64,000 nucleotides of DNA, taken from contig JAQVXI010000002.1 of the NCBI GenBank assembly GCA_028709215.1, positions 12,212 to 76,211 on the forward strand, read 5' to 3'. The stretch's first letter is position 1; every line of letters starts with the position of its first letter. The translations under genes were made by a program, and so were the position numbers. The notes beneath the pieces are model-generated. The model was not told the DNA's origin and made no database searches. It was given only the letters and a program-made list of their open reading frames with translations. The stretch comes from Bacteroidales bacterium (GTDB lineage: Bacteria > Bacteroidota > Bacteroidia > Bacteroidales > UBA1402). Positions 19,245 through 28,605 of this stretch are shown piece by piece.

Positions 19245-20129
19245 ATGATGAAAAAACGAATTTCAATACTTGTTCTGGGCTTGTTTGTGGGGGTACTTGC
19301 GTACGCCCAACAAGCGACACAGATGCGGTTTAACGAGGTTCTGGTAACCAATCACAGCAATTATGTGGATGGATACGGTGAGCGTGTTGCGTGGATTGAG
19401 TTGTTTAATACATCTTACAATGTGGTCAATATCGGTGGATGTTACCTGACCAACGATCCGAATCAACCCATGATGTACATGATTCCAAAGGGTGATGTAC
19501 TGACACGCATACAACAGAGACAACACGTGCTTTTTTATGCAGATGGCAAACCTGGTCGTGGAACCTTTCATTTAAATTTTACGCTGGATTCTGCATCGGT
19601 CAATACGATCTATCTGTTTAACGCCGATGGTAAAAGTATGATTGATAGTGTCGTGGTACCGGTATTGCCTGCGGACGTCAGTTGGGGTCGCCTCCTTGAT
19701 GGGGAGTCTAACTGGTCTATGATGCAGCGGGTTACTCCCAGCACCAACAACAAAACCCTGGATAGCAACGAGAAAATTGAGAAGTTTTCACAGGAAGATC
19801 CGGATGGGGTTGGTATGAGTCTGAGTGCGGTGTCGGTTGTTTTTGCCGTCTTGTTGTTGCTTGCTGTCTTTTTTATCGGATTGGCCAATGTCATTAAGCG
19901 TGCTTCCAATTCCGGAAAAAAATCACAAGCGACCGTTAAGCCAACAGCCGTTGATCCGAACGAGGTGCCCGGTGAGGTGATGGCAGCCATTTCCATGGCG
20001 TTGTATGAAATGAGCAACGATGCACACGATATTGAAAATACCGTGTTGACCATTGCCCGTACAAGACGTTCGTACTCTCCCTGGAGTTCAAAGATTTACG
20101 GACTGCGTGAAATACCCAATAAGAAATAA
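19245..20129 (+). CDS. mmdD: OadG/MmdD-type subunit with N-terminal lamin-tail-like domain
   Basis: Signal ...LAYA|QQ; RFNEVLVTN...WIELFN; single TM; GEVMAAISMAL and SPWSSKIYGLREIP tail. Confidence 0.8.
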   Translation: MMKKRISILVLGLFVGVLAYAQQATQMRFNEVLVTNHSNYVDGYGERVAWIELFNTSYNVVNIGGCYLTNDPNQPMMYMIPKGDVLTRIQQRQHVLFYADGKPGRGTFHLNFTLDSASVNTIYLFNADGKSMIDSVVVPVLPADVSWGRLLDGESNWSMMQRVTPSTNNKTLDSNEKIEKFSQEDPDGVGMSLSAVSVVFAVLLLLAVFFIGLANVIKRASNSGKKSQATVKPTAVDPNEVPGEVMAAISMALYEMSNDAHDIENTVLTIARTRRSYSPWSSKIYGLREIPNKK

Positions 20130-20156
20130 TACGTACATTAATAACGATGCATTTCC

Positions 20157-20588
20157 ATGAAAGATTTTAAATATACCATCAATGGATCACAATACAAGGT
20201 AGAAGTGATCAAAGAAGACGATAATGTGGTGGAGTTGGAGGTAAACGGAACCCCATACACTGTAGAAATCGATCGTCCGGCCAAAGTAAACCCAATCAAA
20301 ATTAAACGTCCTTCGGCAGCACCCGTGAGCGCTTCCGGTGGCCCGGTCGTATCTCAGGCCAAAACCAAAGCACCCGGTGGTGCGGTCAAATCACCACTAC
20401 CCGGTGTGATTCTGGAAATTCAGTGTAAGGTGGGTGATGCCGTTAAAATTGGTGATAAACTGATGGTTTTGGAAGCCATGAAGATGGAGAATACCATCAC
20501 CAGTGATTTGGCAGGAAAGATTCTCGAAATTAAAGTAGATAAAGGTTCATCGGTATTGGAAGGTGCCGATCTTGTAATCATCGGTTGA
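20157..20588 (+). CDS. mmdC: Biotin carboxyl carrier (gamma) subunit
   Basis: EAMKMEN biotinylation motif, VKSPLPGVI, Pro/Ala linker. Confidence 0.93.
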   Translation: MKDFKYTINGSQYKVEVIKEDDNVVELEVNGTPYTVEIDRPAKVNPIKIKRPSAAPVSASGGPVVSQAKTKAPGGAVKSPLPGVILEIQCKVGDAVKIGDKLMVLEAMKMENTITSDLAGKILEIKVDKGSSVLEGADLVIIG

Positions 20589-20589
20589 T

Positions 20590-21747
20590 ATGGGTGACTT
20601 TTTAAACTTTATAGGTCAGAACTTACAAGAGTTTTATACCTATACCGGGTTTGCCAATGCGACTGCTGGGCACCTGGTGATGATTGTTGTCGGCCTTGTC
20701 TTTATATTCTTGGCTGTCAAATATGAATTTGAACCCATGTTGCTTATCCCGATTGGTTTTGGGATGCTGATTGGCAACATCCCTTTTAAAGAAGTTGGTT
20801 TGCAACTGGGGATCTACGAACAGGGGTCGGTCATGAACATCTTGTATCAGGGTGTTGTTCAGGGCTGGTATCCGCCATTGATCTTCTTGGGTATCGGTGC
20901 CATGACCGACTTCTCGGCATTGATCTCCAATCCCAAATTAATGCTGATTGGTGCGGCTGCTCAAGTGGGGATTTTTGGAGCGTATGCAATTGCCTTGCAG
21001 ATGGGCTTTGATCCCAGTCAAGCCGGTGCGATAGGCATCATTGGTGGAGCAGACGGTCCTACAGCCATCTTTTTATCTTCCAAACTGGCTCCCAACTTAA
21101 TGGGTGCGATTGCCGTATCTGCCTATTCTTATATGGCCTTGGTTCCGGTGATTCAACCGCCAATTATGCGCTTGTTGACCACCAAAAAAGAACGTGTGAT
21201 CCGTATGCGCCCGCCGCGTGTGGTTTCTCAAACCGAAAAAATCATATTCCCTATTGCCGGTTTGTTGTTGACAACGTTTGTTGTGCCTTCCGGTTTGCCT
21301 TTGTTGGGGATGTTGTTTTTTGGAAACCTGTTGAAGGAAAGTGGTGTTACCAGACGTTTGGCTGAAACGGCCAGAGGTCCGCTCATCGATACCATTACGA
21401 TTCTTTTGGGGATTACCGTAGGTGCTTCGACGCAGGCGACTCAGTTCCTGACACTAGACTCCATTAAGATCTTTGGTCTGGGTGCACTGTCCTTTGTCAT
21501 CGCTACGGCCAGTGGAGTTTTGTTTGTCAAATTGTTCAATTTGTTTTTGTCCAAAGACAACAAGATCAATCCGCTGATTGGAAATGCAGGTGTTTCTGCC
21601 GTGCCCGATTCTGCACGTATTTCCCAAACCGTTGGATTGGAATACGATCCAAAAAACCATTTGCTGATGCATGCGATGGGTCCCAATGTAGCTGGGGTGA
21701 TTGGCTCGGCGGTTGCCGCCGGTATCCTGCTGGGTTTCTTGGGTTAA
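20590..21747 (+). CDS. mmdB: Na+-translocating decarboxylase beta subunit
   Basis: IGIIGGADGPTAI, AYSYMALVPVIQPP, HAMGPNVAGVIGSA. Confidence 0.96.
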   Translation: MGDFLNFIGQNLQEFYTYTGFANATAGHLVMIVVGLVFIFLAVKYEFEPMLLIPIGFGMLIGNIPFKEVGLQLGIYEQGSVMNILYQGVVQGWYPPLIFLGIGAMTDFSALISNPKLMLIGAAAQVGIFGAYAIALQMGFDPSQAGAIGIIGGADGPTAIFLSSKLAPNLMGAIAVSAYSYMALVPVIQPPIMRLLTTKKERVIRMRPPRVVSQTEKIIFPIAGLLLTTFVVPSGLPLLGMLFFGNLLKESGVTRRLAETARGPLIDTITILLGITVGASTQATQFLTLDSIKIFGLGALSFVIATASGVLFVKLFNLFLSKDNKINPLIGNAGVSAVPDSARISQTVGLEYDPKNHLLMHAMGPNVAGVIGSAVAAGILLGFLG

Positions 21748-21765
21748 GCGCAAATAATATCATTC

Positions 21766-21790
21766 AAAGCCGCCTCCAAAGGGCGGCTTT
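21766..21790 (+). terminator. Terminator after mmd operon
   Basis: AAAGCCGCC-tccaaag-GGCGGCTTT. Confidence 0.8.
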
Positions 21791-21813
21791 GTTTCTTAAA
21801 TCTACGACGTACC

Positions 21814-22797
21814 ATGAAAATTGTGTTCAAAGGACAGCATTCGAAAGTGCAGCAAGTAGCCGATGCCGTTCGGACGGCCATCATTCAAGGAATCTTTGAA
21901 GAAGGCAACTCCTTGCCTTCGATCAATCAGATCAGTGATCAAAGCGCTTGTGCCCGAGATACCGTTTTTAAGGCCTACCAATTGCTAAAAGCGGAAGGGA
22001 TCATCCAGTCCGAACCCATGAGAGGGTATTATGTGGCAACACGCATCAAACGTGTACTGGTTCTTCTGGATATTTTCAGCCCGTACAAAAACGATTTGTA
22101 CGTAGCCCTGACCAAACACATTGGTGCACATCATCGATTGGATCTGTATTTTCATCATTACAACGAGACACATTTTGATAGCATCCTGCAAAACAGTGTG
22201 GGAAAGTACAGTAAATTTTTGGTGATGAATTTACACCACGATCGCTGCATGCCGATATTAAATACAATAGATGCTGATAAGTTGCTTTTTTTGGATTTCG
22301 GAAACTTCGAGAAGAACGATCGTGCATATGTTATGCAAGATTTTGATGCAGCCTTTTATTCCTGTATGGTTCAAGCCGCACATCGATTTACGTGTTACAA
22401 GCGGCTTTGTATGGTTTTTCCAAGAGAATCGAGACATCCGAGGAGTTGTGTTCCTTATTTTCATCGCTTTTGCGATGCGTATGGACTCGAGGCGATCCTA
22501 ATGGAAGACGGTTGGTCTGAAGCAGATATTTGTGCGGATACAGCCTATCTTTGGGTCTCTCATGCGGATTTAATCGATTTTGTAAAGGTCTGCCGAAAGA
22601 ACGGTTTGCGCATTGGACGGGATGTCGGCGCCATCACGTTTAACGATGCCCCCATGCTTGAAGTCATCGAACGAGGTATTTCATCCATTTCGGTTGACTT
22701 TAAGGAAATGGGTACACTGGCAGCTCGATTTATCGTCGAGGATCAACACGTACAAGCCACGTTGCAAACCCACCTTATACTGCGAGGGTCGTTGTGA
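21814..22797 (+). CDS. GntR family regulator with sugar-binding domain (FucR-like)
   Basis: wHTH LPSINQIS...RDTVFKAYQLLKAEGII...GYYV; C-terminal periplasmic-binding-like fold; recalled similarity to Bacteroides FucR (LLFLDFG, QDFD). Confidence 0.8.
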   Translation: MKIVFKGQHSKVQQVADAVRTAIIQGIFEEGNSLPSINQISDQSACARDTVFKAYQLLKAEGIIQSEPMRGYYVATRIKRVLVLLDIFSPYKNDLYVALTKHIGAHHRLDLYFHHYNETHFDSILQNSVGKYSKFLVMNLHHDRCMPILNTIDADKLLFLDFGNFEKNDRAYVMQDFDAAFYSCMVQAAHRFTCYKRLCMVFPRESRHPRSCVPYFHRFCDAYGLEAILMEDGWSEADICADTAYLWVSHADLIDFVKVCRKNGLRIGRDVGAITFNDAPMLEVIERGISSISVDFKEMGTLAARFIVEDQHVQATLQTHLILRGSL

Positions 22798-22800
22798 GGG

Positions 22801-25275
22801 TTAAAAGTCGGCAGCGATTCGGAAATTGATTAAACGTCCGGTCAGATAATTGGGTATGGCCCATTGTGTGTTTTGAATATCCGTAACCCAGAAGTAACTA
22901 TTCACGTTTCGAATGCCCAGGAGATTGAAGCAATCCACTCCAACCCAAATGTGCTTGAACGAAGCAAATAGCCCTTGTTTCATAAACGCATCCTCCGATG
23001 CGTGAAATACCCGTGATAATCCGATGTCAACACGCTGGTAGGCAGGCAATCGCAAGGTTGCCTGACTGCGGTCGGCATTGGGTGGCCCAAAAGGCAAACC
23101 ATCAGCAAGGACCAATTTTAAATTCATTGAGAATCGTGGATTGCCCGGAAAATAATCCTGGAAATAGATGGAAGCATTGTAGCGTTGTTCGTTCGGTCTG
23201 GGGATCTGCACCCCATCGATGCTTTCCTGGCTTCGCATCAGGGAAAGACTGATCCAGGAATCGGTTCCAGGCACAAATTCACCAAACAACTTCATATCCA
23301 AACCGGTTGTGTACCCTTCGGTTTCGTTCTTTCCGGAATAGCGAATGCGAACATTATCCACGGTGTATGGGATGAGGCGGCTTAAGTCCTTATAGTATCC
23401 TTCAATTGTAAATTTAAACGGTCGATCCAGCCAGATGAAGTGCTGATCCATACCACCTAAGACTTGGATGCTTTTTGGGGCTCGTATGTGCCGATTCAAT
23501 TGTACCGAAGTTTGCCCGTTTGCAACAGCGGTGTCTCGAAGCTCCTTGTAGAAAGGTGCCTGGTAGTAGACTCCTCCACCCAGACGAAACGTGATGTTGC
23601 GTTCCCAGGATGGTATGAACGTCATACTGACTCGAGGACTGATCAGCCATTCTCGGTTAAAGGTCCAGTAATTGCTTCGTAGCCCAGCATGGATGATGTA
23701 CAGTCCACTGGTACGTCGGAAGCGCCATACATCCAAAAGGTATGCGGTATAGCGTTGGCTGTTCATTCGGAGATTGGAACGAAGGTTGTAGACGGTTTGA
23801 ATTTCTGTCGGATTGTATGGGAGTGTATAGCCTGCCGAATCCCGCATTTCCCATTCAACCAAATCATCCTGGATCTGCTCGATTTGCATGCCTAGCCCCC
23901 ATTTTAGGTTGTGTCTGTCCAGGATGTATGAGCCTTGATGGGATAGATTAATTACACTGGCCTCCAAATGATTGCGGGCGTGTTCGTGATAGGTCCCCGT
24001 TCCAATAATGCTGGTGTTTTCCGTATCTTCTTGGTTGTTTCGTATCGGTGTTTCACTCAGCCAATATTGCCCGGTAATGTCGTAGTTTTCATCCTCAATG
24101 GTTTTGAAAACGGAAGATTGAAGGCTCAGATTCAGGCGATTGTTGGGTTTGCTGTTTAATTTGACCGATCCAAAAGCCGTTTGAAAGAGATCTTGCTCTT
24201 TGCCGTCAAAATAAACCGTGAAGTTTCGTTTGATTTGAAACGTACCGAAATCGGTTTGTTTGGTTGTGGGGGTGAAGTCGTATTGATTTCGAGAGAAGTT
24301 ACCGAGAAAACTCAATTCCGTCCGTTCGTTCCATTGATAGGTAAGATAGGTCTGGTAGTCAACGAAGGATGGACGGTAATCTCCTTTCGTATCGAGCGTT
24401 CCCAAAAGATATTGATTGCTTTTATATCGGAATCCGTGCAATTGGGTGAAGCGTCCGTCGGAGGATGCGTGGCCCGCATAGACATTGCTTCCCATAAGAC
24501 TTGCGGATACGGCTGCTTCAAAGTTGCTGGGTTTCTTGTAGGCAATGTCCAATACCGAGGACATTTTGTCTCCATATCGCACGTCAAAACCGCCGGCGGA
24601 AAAGGAGACCTCACGCACCATCTCGGGATTGACAAAGCTCAGGCCTTCCTGCTGCCCGGCTCGGATCAATAGGGGACGATAGACTTCTGTTCCATTGACA
24701 TAGACTAGATTTTCGTCGTAATTACCCCCGCGTACGGAGTACTGTGTGCTGGTCTCGTTGTTGGAACTCACCCCGGCAAAGGTGACCAGTAGGGCCTCAA
24801 TGCTGCCTCCACTTGGGTCGGCCATCATACGGATGCGGCTGGCATCCAATTTTTCAAAGCTTTGTGTTTGGCGTTGTTGTCCGGTTACGACAACCTCGTT
24901 CAATTCTTTGCTTTCTACACCCAGTTGCACATTTACACGTAGGTTGTTGATTTCGGCCGGAATGATTCGAAAGGCTGTTTGGTAGCCTAGGCAACTAAAA
25001 CGCACCGTTAGTGTATCGGTATGGGGTATGCTGAGACTGTAAAATCCGTCTGCATCCGTTGTGACTCCTATGAGCTGTTGTGTTTCAAATACATGAGCCA
25101 GTTCCAATGCGTTGTTTTGCGAATCCATTACATACCCGGTAAGAAGGATTCGATTTTCGGATGCAACCGTATTTGATTGAAGGGTAGATAACAGGAAGCA
25201 GACAAGCAGCATGCCCCCAAACTTGAGGCGATGTCGTAGGGCTTGAGGCGGGTTGCTTTCGTGATTTCCTGTCAT
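22801..25275 (-). CDS. TonB-dependent receptor with N-terminal carboxypeptidase-regulatory-like domain
   Basis: TGYVMDS...GVTTDADGFYSL, plug YSVRGGNYDENLVYVNG, C-terminal FRIAADF; start uncertain (25275 or 25212). Confidence 0.9.
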   Translation of the reverse strand: MTGNHESNPPQALRHRLKFGGMLLVCFLLSTLQSNTVASENRILLTGYVMDSQNNALELAHVFETQQLIGVTTDADGFYSLSIPHTDTLTVRFSCLGYQTAFRIIPAEINNLRVNVQLGVESKELNEVVVTGQQRQTQSFEKLDASRIRMMADPSGGSIEALLVTFAGVSSNNETSTQYSVRGGNYDENLVYVNGTEVYRPLLIRAGQQEGLSFVNPEMVREVSFSAGGFDVRYGDKMSSVLDIAYKKPSNFEAAVSASLMGSNVYAGHASSDGRFTQLHGFRYKSNQYLLGTLDTKGDYRPSFVDYQTYLTYQWNERTELSFLGNFSRNQYDFTPTTKQTDFGTFQIKRNFTVYFDGKEQDLFQTAFGSVKLNSKPNNRLNLSLQSSVFKTIEDENYDITGQYWLSETPIRNNQEDTENTSIIGTGTYHEHARNHLEASVINLSHQGSYILDRHNLKWGLGMQIEQIQDDLVEWEMRDSAGYTLPYNPTEIQTVYNLRSNLRMNSQRYTAYLLDVWRFRRTSGLYIIHAGLRSNYWTFNREWLISPRVSMTFIPSWERNITFRLGGGVYYQAPFYKELRDTAVANGQTSVQLNRHIRAPKSIQVLGGMDQHFIWLDRPFKFTIEGYYKDLSRLIPYTVDNVRIRYSGKNETEGYTTGLDMKLFGEFVPGTDSWISLSLMRSQESIDGVQIPRPNEQRYNASIYFQDYFPGNPRFSMNLKLVLADGLPFGPPNADRSQATLRLPAYQRVDIGLSRVFHASEDAFMKQGLFASFKHIWVGVDCFNLLGIRNVNSYFWVTDIQNTQWAIPNYLTGRLINFRIAADF

Positions 25276-25341
25276 ATGCGGGCAAAGGTACGGACTTCTT
25301 CAATTAAAAAAACGTATATTTGCATACATTATTGTTGTTCT

Positions 25342-25881
25342 ATGGAAAACCTACTGGAATTGCTTCGCGTGCGCAGAAGCACGCGTGTTTTTAAGGATAC
25401 ACAAATCAGTCCGGAGTTGGTCGAATCGCTTATGAAAGCGGCTCTGATGTCACCTTCCTCCAAACGTTCCAATCCCTGGGAATTTATTTTGGTGGATGAT
25501 GCGGATCAACTGGAGGCCTTATCCAAAAGCAAAAAGCACGGAAGTCTTTTATTGGCCGGGGCATCGCTGGCCGTAGTGGTATTGGCAGATCCTGCCAAAA
25601 GCGATGTTTGGGTAGAGGATGCATCGATTGCCAGCCTGATTCTTCAATTGGAGGCAGAAGATCTCAATCTGGGATCTTGTTGGATACAAATACGTCTGCG
25701 ACAAACGGCAGACGGAGAGGACTCCGAGCAATATGTGCGCAGACAGCTTGGGATACCCGACGCGTTGCGCGTTGAAAGTATTGTTGCCATCGGTGTCAAA
25801 GAAGAGGCAAAAAAGCCCTTTGAGGAAGAAAAACTTCAATGGGAGAAGGTACACTTGGGACAATACCCCAATATCAATTAA
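25342..25881 (+). CDS. Nitroreductase family protein
   Basis: RRSTRVF, ALMSPSSKRSNPWEF, LGSCWIQ; -7 box at 25315-25322. Confidence 0.92.
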   Translation: MENLLELLRVRRSTRVFKDTQISPELVESLMKAALMSPSSKRSNPWEFILVDDADQLEALSKSKKHGSLLLAGASLAVVVLADPAKSDVWVEDASIASLILQLEAEDLNLGSCWIQIRLRQTADGEDSEQYVRRQLGIPDALRVESIVAIGVKEEAKKPFEEEKLQWEKVHLGQYPNIN

Positions 25882-25893
25882 TTCAATGGGTGG

Positions 25894-26667
25894 ATGCGTG
25901 TCGTTCTGATTGGTTACGGAAATCTGGCTACACAACTGGGTAAAACGTTGCATCAAAACGCAGTGAACGTTGTGCAAGTCTACGGCCGGGATATAGAAAA
26001 AGCATCCCGACTGGCTGAGCGCATCGGAGCACAAGCGGTGAGTGCCCCGGAATGCTTGGATTGTACAGCCGACATTTATATTTGTGCACTGAAGGATTCC
26101 GTCTTTGATGAAGTCCTTTCTGTCCTACCGCGGTTTCAAGGTCTGCTGGTTCATACAGCAGGCAGTGTTTCAATGGATGTTTTGCGCGCATATTCCAGTC
26201 GTGTAGGTGTTTTTTATCCGTTGCAGACCTTTTCAATGAACCGAGAAGTGGATTTTCGTGTTATACCTGTCTACGTGGAAGCGTCCAACGAGGAAGATGA
26301 ACAACTGTTGTTCAACTTGGGAAAGCGTCTTACGACTCAGGTCTATTCGTGTTCTTCCGACCAGCGACGGTGGTTGCACCTTGCTGCTGTATTTGCTTGT
26401 AATTTTGTTAATTATCTGTATTGTTTGTCTTCGGATTTATTGGATACGCATCAGTTGGACTTCAATCAATTGTTGCCTCTGATCGATGAGACCGCAAGAA
26501 AAGTACACGAGATGCGCCCCAAGGAAGCGCAAACCGGACCTGCCACGCGTTACGATCGCAACATTATGGATGCACACAAGCAGATGCTGGCCGATCGTCC
26601 CGATGTGCAAGCCTTGTATGAAACAATGAGTAAGCATATTTTTAATCATGTAAATAATGAATTATGA
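25894..26667 (+). CDS. Rossmann-like DUF2520 oxidoreductase
   Basis: IGYGNLA, HTAGS, FYPLQTFS, HLAAVFACNF, AQTGPATR. Confidence 0.88.
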   Translation: MRVVLIGYGNLATQLGKTLHQNAVNVVQVYGRDIEKASRLAERIGAQAVSAPECLDCTADIYICALKDSVFDEVLSVLPRFQGLLVHTAGSVSMDVLRAYSSRVGVFYPLQTFSMNREVDFRVIPVYVEASNEEDEQLLFNLGKRLTTQVYSCSSDQRRWLHLAAVFACNFVNYLYCLSSDLLDTHQLDFNQLLPLIDETARKVHEMRPKEAQTGPATRYDRNIMDAHKQMLADRPDVQALYETMSKHIFNHVNNEL

Positions 26668-27188
26668 GTAATATACCTTTTGACTTAACAACCATAGAAG
26701 CCGTCGTGTTTGATGTCGACGGTGTTTTGTCTGCCAATATAATCCCCTTGTATATCAGTGGTGAACCCATGAGAACGGTCAATATAAAGGATGGATACGC
26801 CTTCAATTTGGCGGTTCGTAAGGGCCTGACGTTGGGTATTATCACCGGAGGTAGAACAGAAGCGGTGCGTAAGCGTTTCGAATTGTTGGGCGTACAACAT
26901 ATTTATATGGGAGCGTGTGATAAAAAAGTCGATTTTAAGGATTTCTTGGAAAAAACCGGTCTGAAGCCGGAACAGGTGGCTTATATGGGAGATGATATAC
27001 CCGATTTTGAAGTCATGACGCAGGTTGGTCTGGCGGCTTGTCCGGCAGATGCGGCACCCGAAATCCGTGCAATTTCCCGTTATGTGTCTCATGTTAAGGC
27101 CGGAGAGGGTTGCGGAAGGGATTTGTTGGAACAAATTCTTAAGGCCAAGGGGCTTTGGATGGATGGTGTGGAAGCCTTCGGTTGGTAA
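26664..27188 (+). CDS. kdsC: KDO-8-phosphate phosphatase-like HAD hydrolase
   Basis: FDVDGVL, KDGYA, IITGG, YMGDDIPD. Confidence 0.9.
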   Translation: MSNIPFDLTTIEAVVFDVDGVLSANIIPLYISGEPMRTVNIKDGYAFNLAVRKGLTLGIITGGRTEAVRKRFELLGVQHIYMGACDKKVDFKDFLEKTGLKPEQVAYMGDDIPDFEVMTQVGLAACPADAAPEIRAISRYVSHVKAGEGCGRDLLEQILKAKGLWMDGVEAFGW

Positions 27189-27191
27189 GCG

Positions 27192-27782
27192 ATGTTGGAT
27201 CATCTGGATAAATATCGCATCCTACTGGGTTCGCAGTCACCCAGGCGAAAGGAGTTGTTGAAACAACTGGGATTGATTTTTGATGTCCCCGAACTTCCCT
27301 TTGTGGATGAGTCCTATCCCGATTCGTTGAGTACAATGGAGGTCGCTTCGTTTTTGGCCAGTAAAAAAGCCGACGCATATACCAATCTATTGACGACTCG
27401 CGATTTATTGATTACGGCCGATACGATCGTTTGTCTGGAGAATGAAGTCATGGGGAAACCCGCCCATCGTGCAGAGGCTTGTGGGATGCTGGCGCGGCTT
27501 TCCGGTCGGGAACATGTGGTGTATACCGGTGTTTGTGTTCGAACCCTGCATCAATCGGAAACGTTTGTGTCGACAACACGGGTCCGTTTTTCGAACCTGA
27601 CGGAGGAAGAGATTGCCTGGTATGTGGACCAGTATAAACCGTTTGATAAAGCAGGGTCCTATGGTATTCAGGAATGGATTGGAAGCATTGCCGTTGTGGG
27701 CATCGAGGGGTCTTATTTTAATGTGATGGGTCTGCCGGTTCAGCAGTTGTATTCGGTACTGAAAGGCTGGAAGGATCAATGA
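27192..27782 (+). CDS. maf: Maf family nucleoside triphosphate pyrophosphatase
   Basis: LGSQSPRRKELL, ITADTIV, MGKP, DKAGSYGIQ, NVMGLP. Confidence 0.95.
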   Translation: MLDHLDKYRILLGSQSPRRKELLKQLGLIFDVPELPFVDESYPDSLSTMEVASFLASKKADAYTNLLTTRDLLITADTIVCLENEVMGKPAHRAEACGMLARLSGREHVVYTGVCVRTLHQSETFVSTTRVRFSNLTEEEIAWYVDQYKPFDKAGSYGIQEWIGSIAVVGIEGSYFNVMGLPVQQLYSVLKGWKDQ

Positions 27783-27795
27783 TATCGGTGAATAT

Positions 27796-27822
27796 GGAAA
27801 CTTTAATACTTTTTAAGTTTCC
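27796..27822. promoter_or_regulatory. Inverted repeat GGAAACTT-N11-AAGTTTCC (candidate TetR operator or weak terminator)
   Basis: Perfect 8-bp arms upstream of -7 box TACTTTTG at 27851-27858. Confidence 0.45.
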
Positions 27823-27879
27823 GCGTGTTTAGGCCTCGTTTTTTTCTTACTACTTTTGTCGCGTAATCGTAAAATAAAC

Positions 27880-28602
27880 GTGGACATTAAAAAAAACATA
27901 CAAAAGGCAGCAACCAAACGGTTTATGAAGTTTGGTCTTCGGAGTGTGAGCATCGAAGACATCTGTGGAGACTTGCGCATTTCCAAAAAAACCTTTTACC
28001 AGTATTTTCCTCAAAAGGAAGCATTGGTCGAATCGATCTTGAACGAGTTTAGCGTCAAGGGAAGAAAAAAGATGTTTGAGGAAGTCGATGTGCGTTGTGC
28101 GGGTATGAACGAGATTGATCGTATTTTATTTACGGCCAGTGTCAACATTCGCAATCATCGTCTGAAATTTGTCAACTTCTTTCACGACTTGGTCAAGTAC
28201 TATCCGGAAATTCATAAGAAGCATCTTCTGCTCAATCATCAGCTATTTATCGAAAATATGAGTGAAAGCATTTCACGGGGTCGTCAGGAAGGTTTGTTTC
28301 GAACCGACTTTGACGAGAAAATGCTGATGAGCTTTGTCTCCGTTCATTTCTTATCCATGACCAACAACGTGCAGGCCTTCTCGGAATTGGATAAGGAATC
28401 ATTGCATTTGTTTATGGTTGATTTGTATTTAAGGGTCCTTTGTAGTCGAAAAGGGCTCGATTATTACGAGTCCAAACGAGCAAGTATTGAGGAACTGGCG
28501 GCTTGTCCGGATGGGCTTTCTTTTAATGATTCGGATATAGATTCGATTGTGGATGCGATTATTGATTTGACAGAGATTGTTACAAATATTAAAGAAGAAT
28601 AG
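27880..28602 (+). CDS. TetR/AcrR family regulator of RND operon
   Basis: FMKFGLRSVSIEDICGDLRISKKTFYQYF; the TTG at 27856 lies inside the -7 box, so GTG 27880 is preferred. Confidence 0.9.
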   Translation: MDIKKNIQKAATKRFMKFGLRSVSIEDICGDLRISKKTFYQYFPQKEALVESILNEFSVKGRKKMFEEVDVRCAGMNEIDRILFTASVNIRNHRLKFVNFFHDLVKYYPEIHKKHLLLNHQLFIENMSESISRGRQEGLFRTDFDEKMLMSFVSVHFLSMTNNVQAFSELDKESLHLFMVDLYLRVLCSRKGLDYYESKRASIEELAACPDGLSFNDSDIDSIVDAIIDLTEIVTNIKEE

Positions 28603-28605
28603 GTT

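Noticed and set aside
24181-24672. 163-aa + strand ORF inside the TonB receptor
   Set aside because: Antisense shadow with no motifs, start context or promoter
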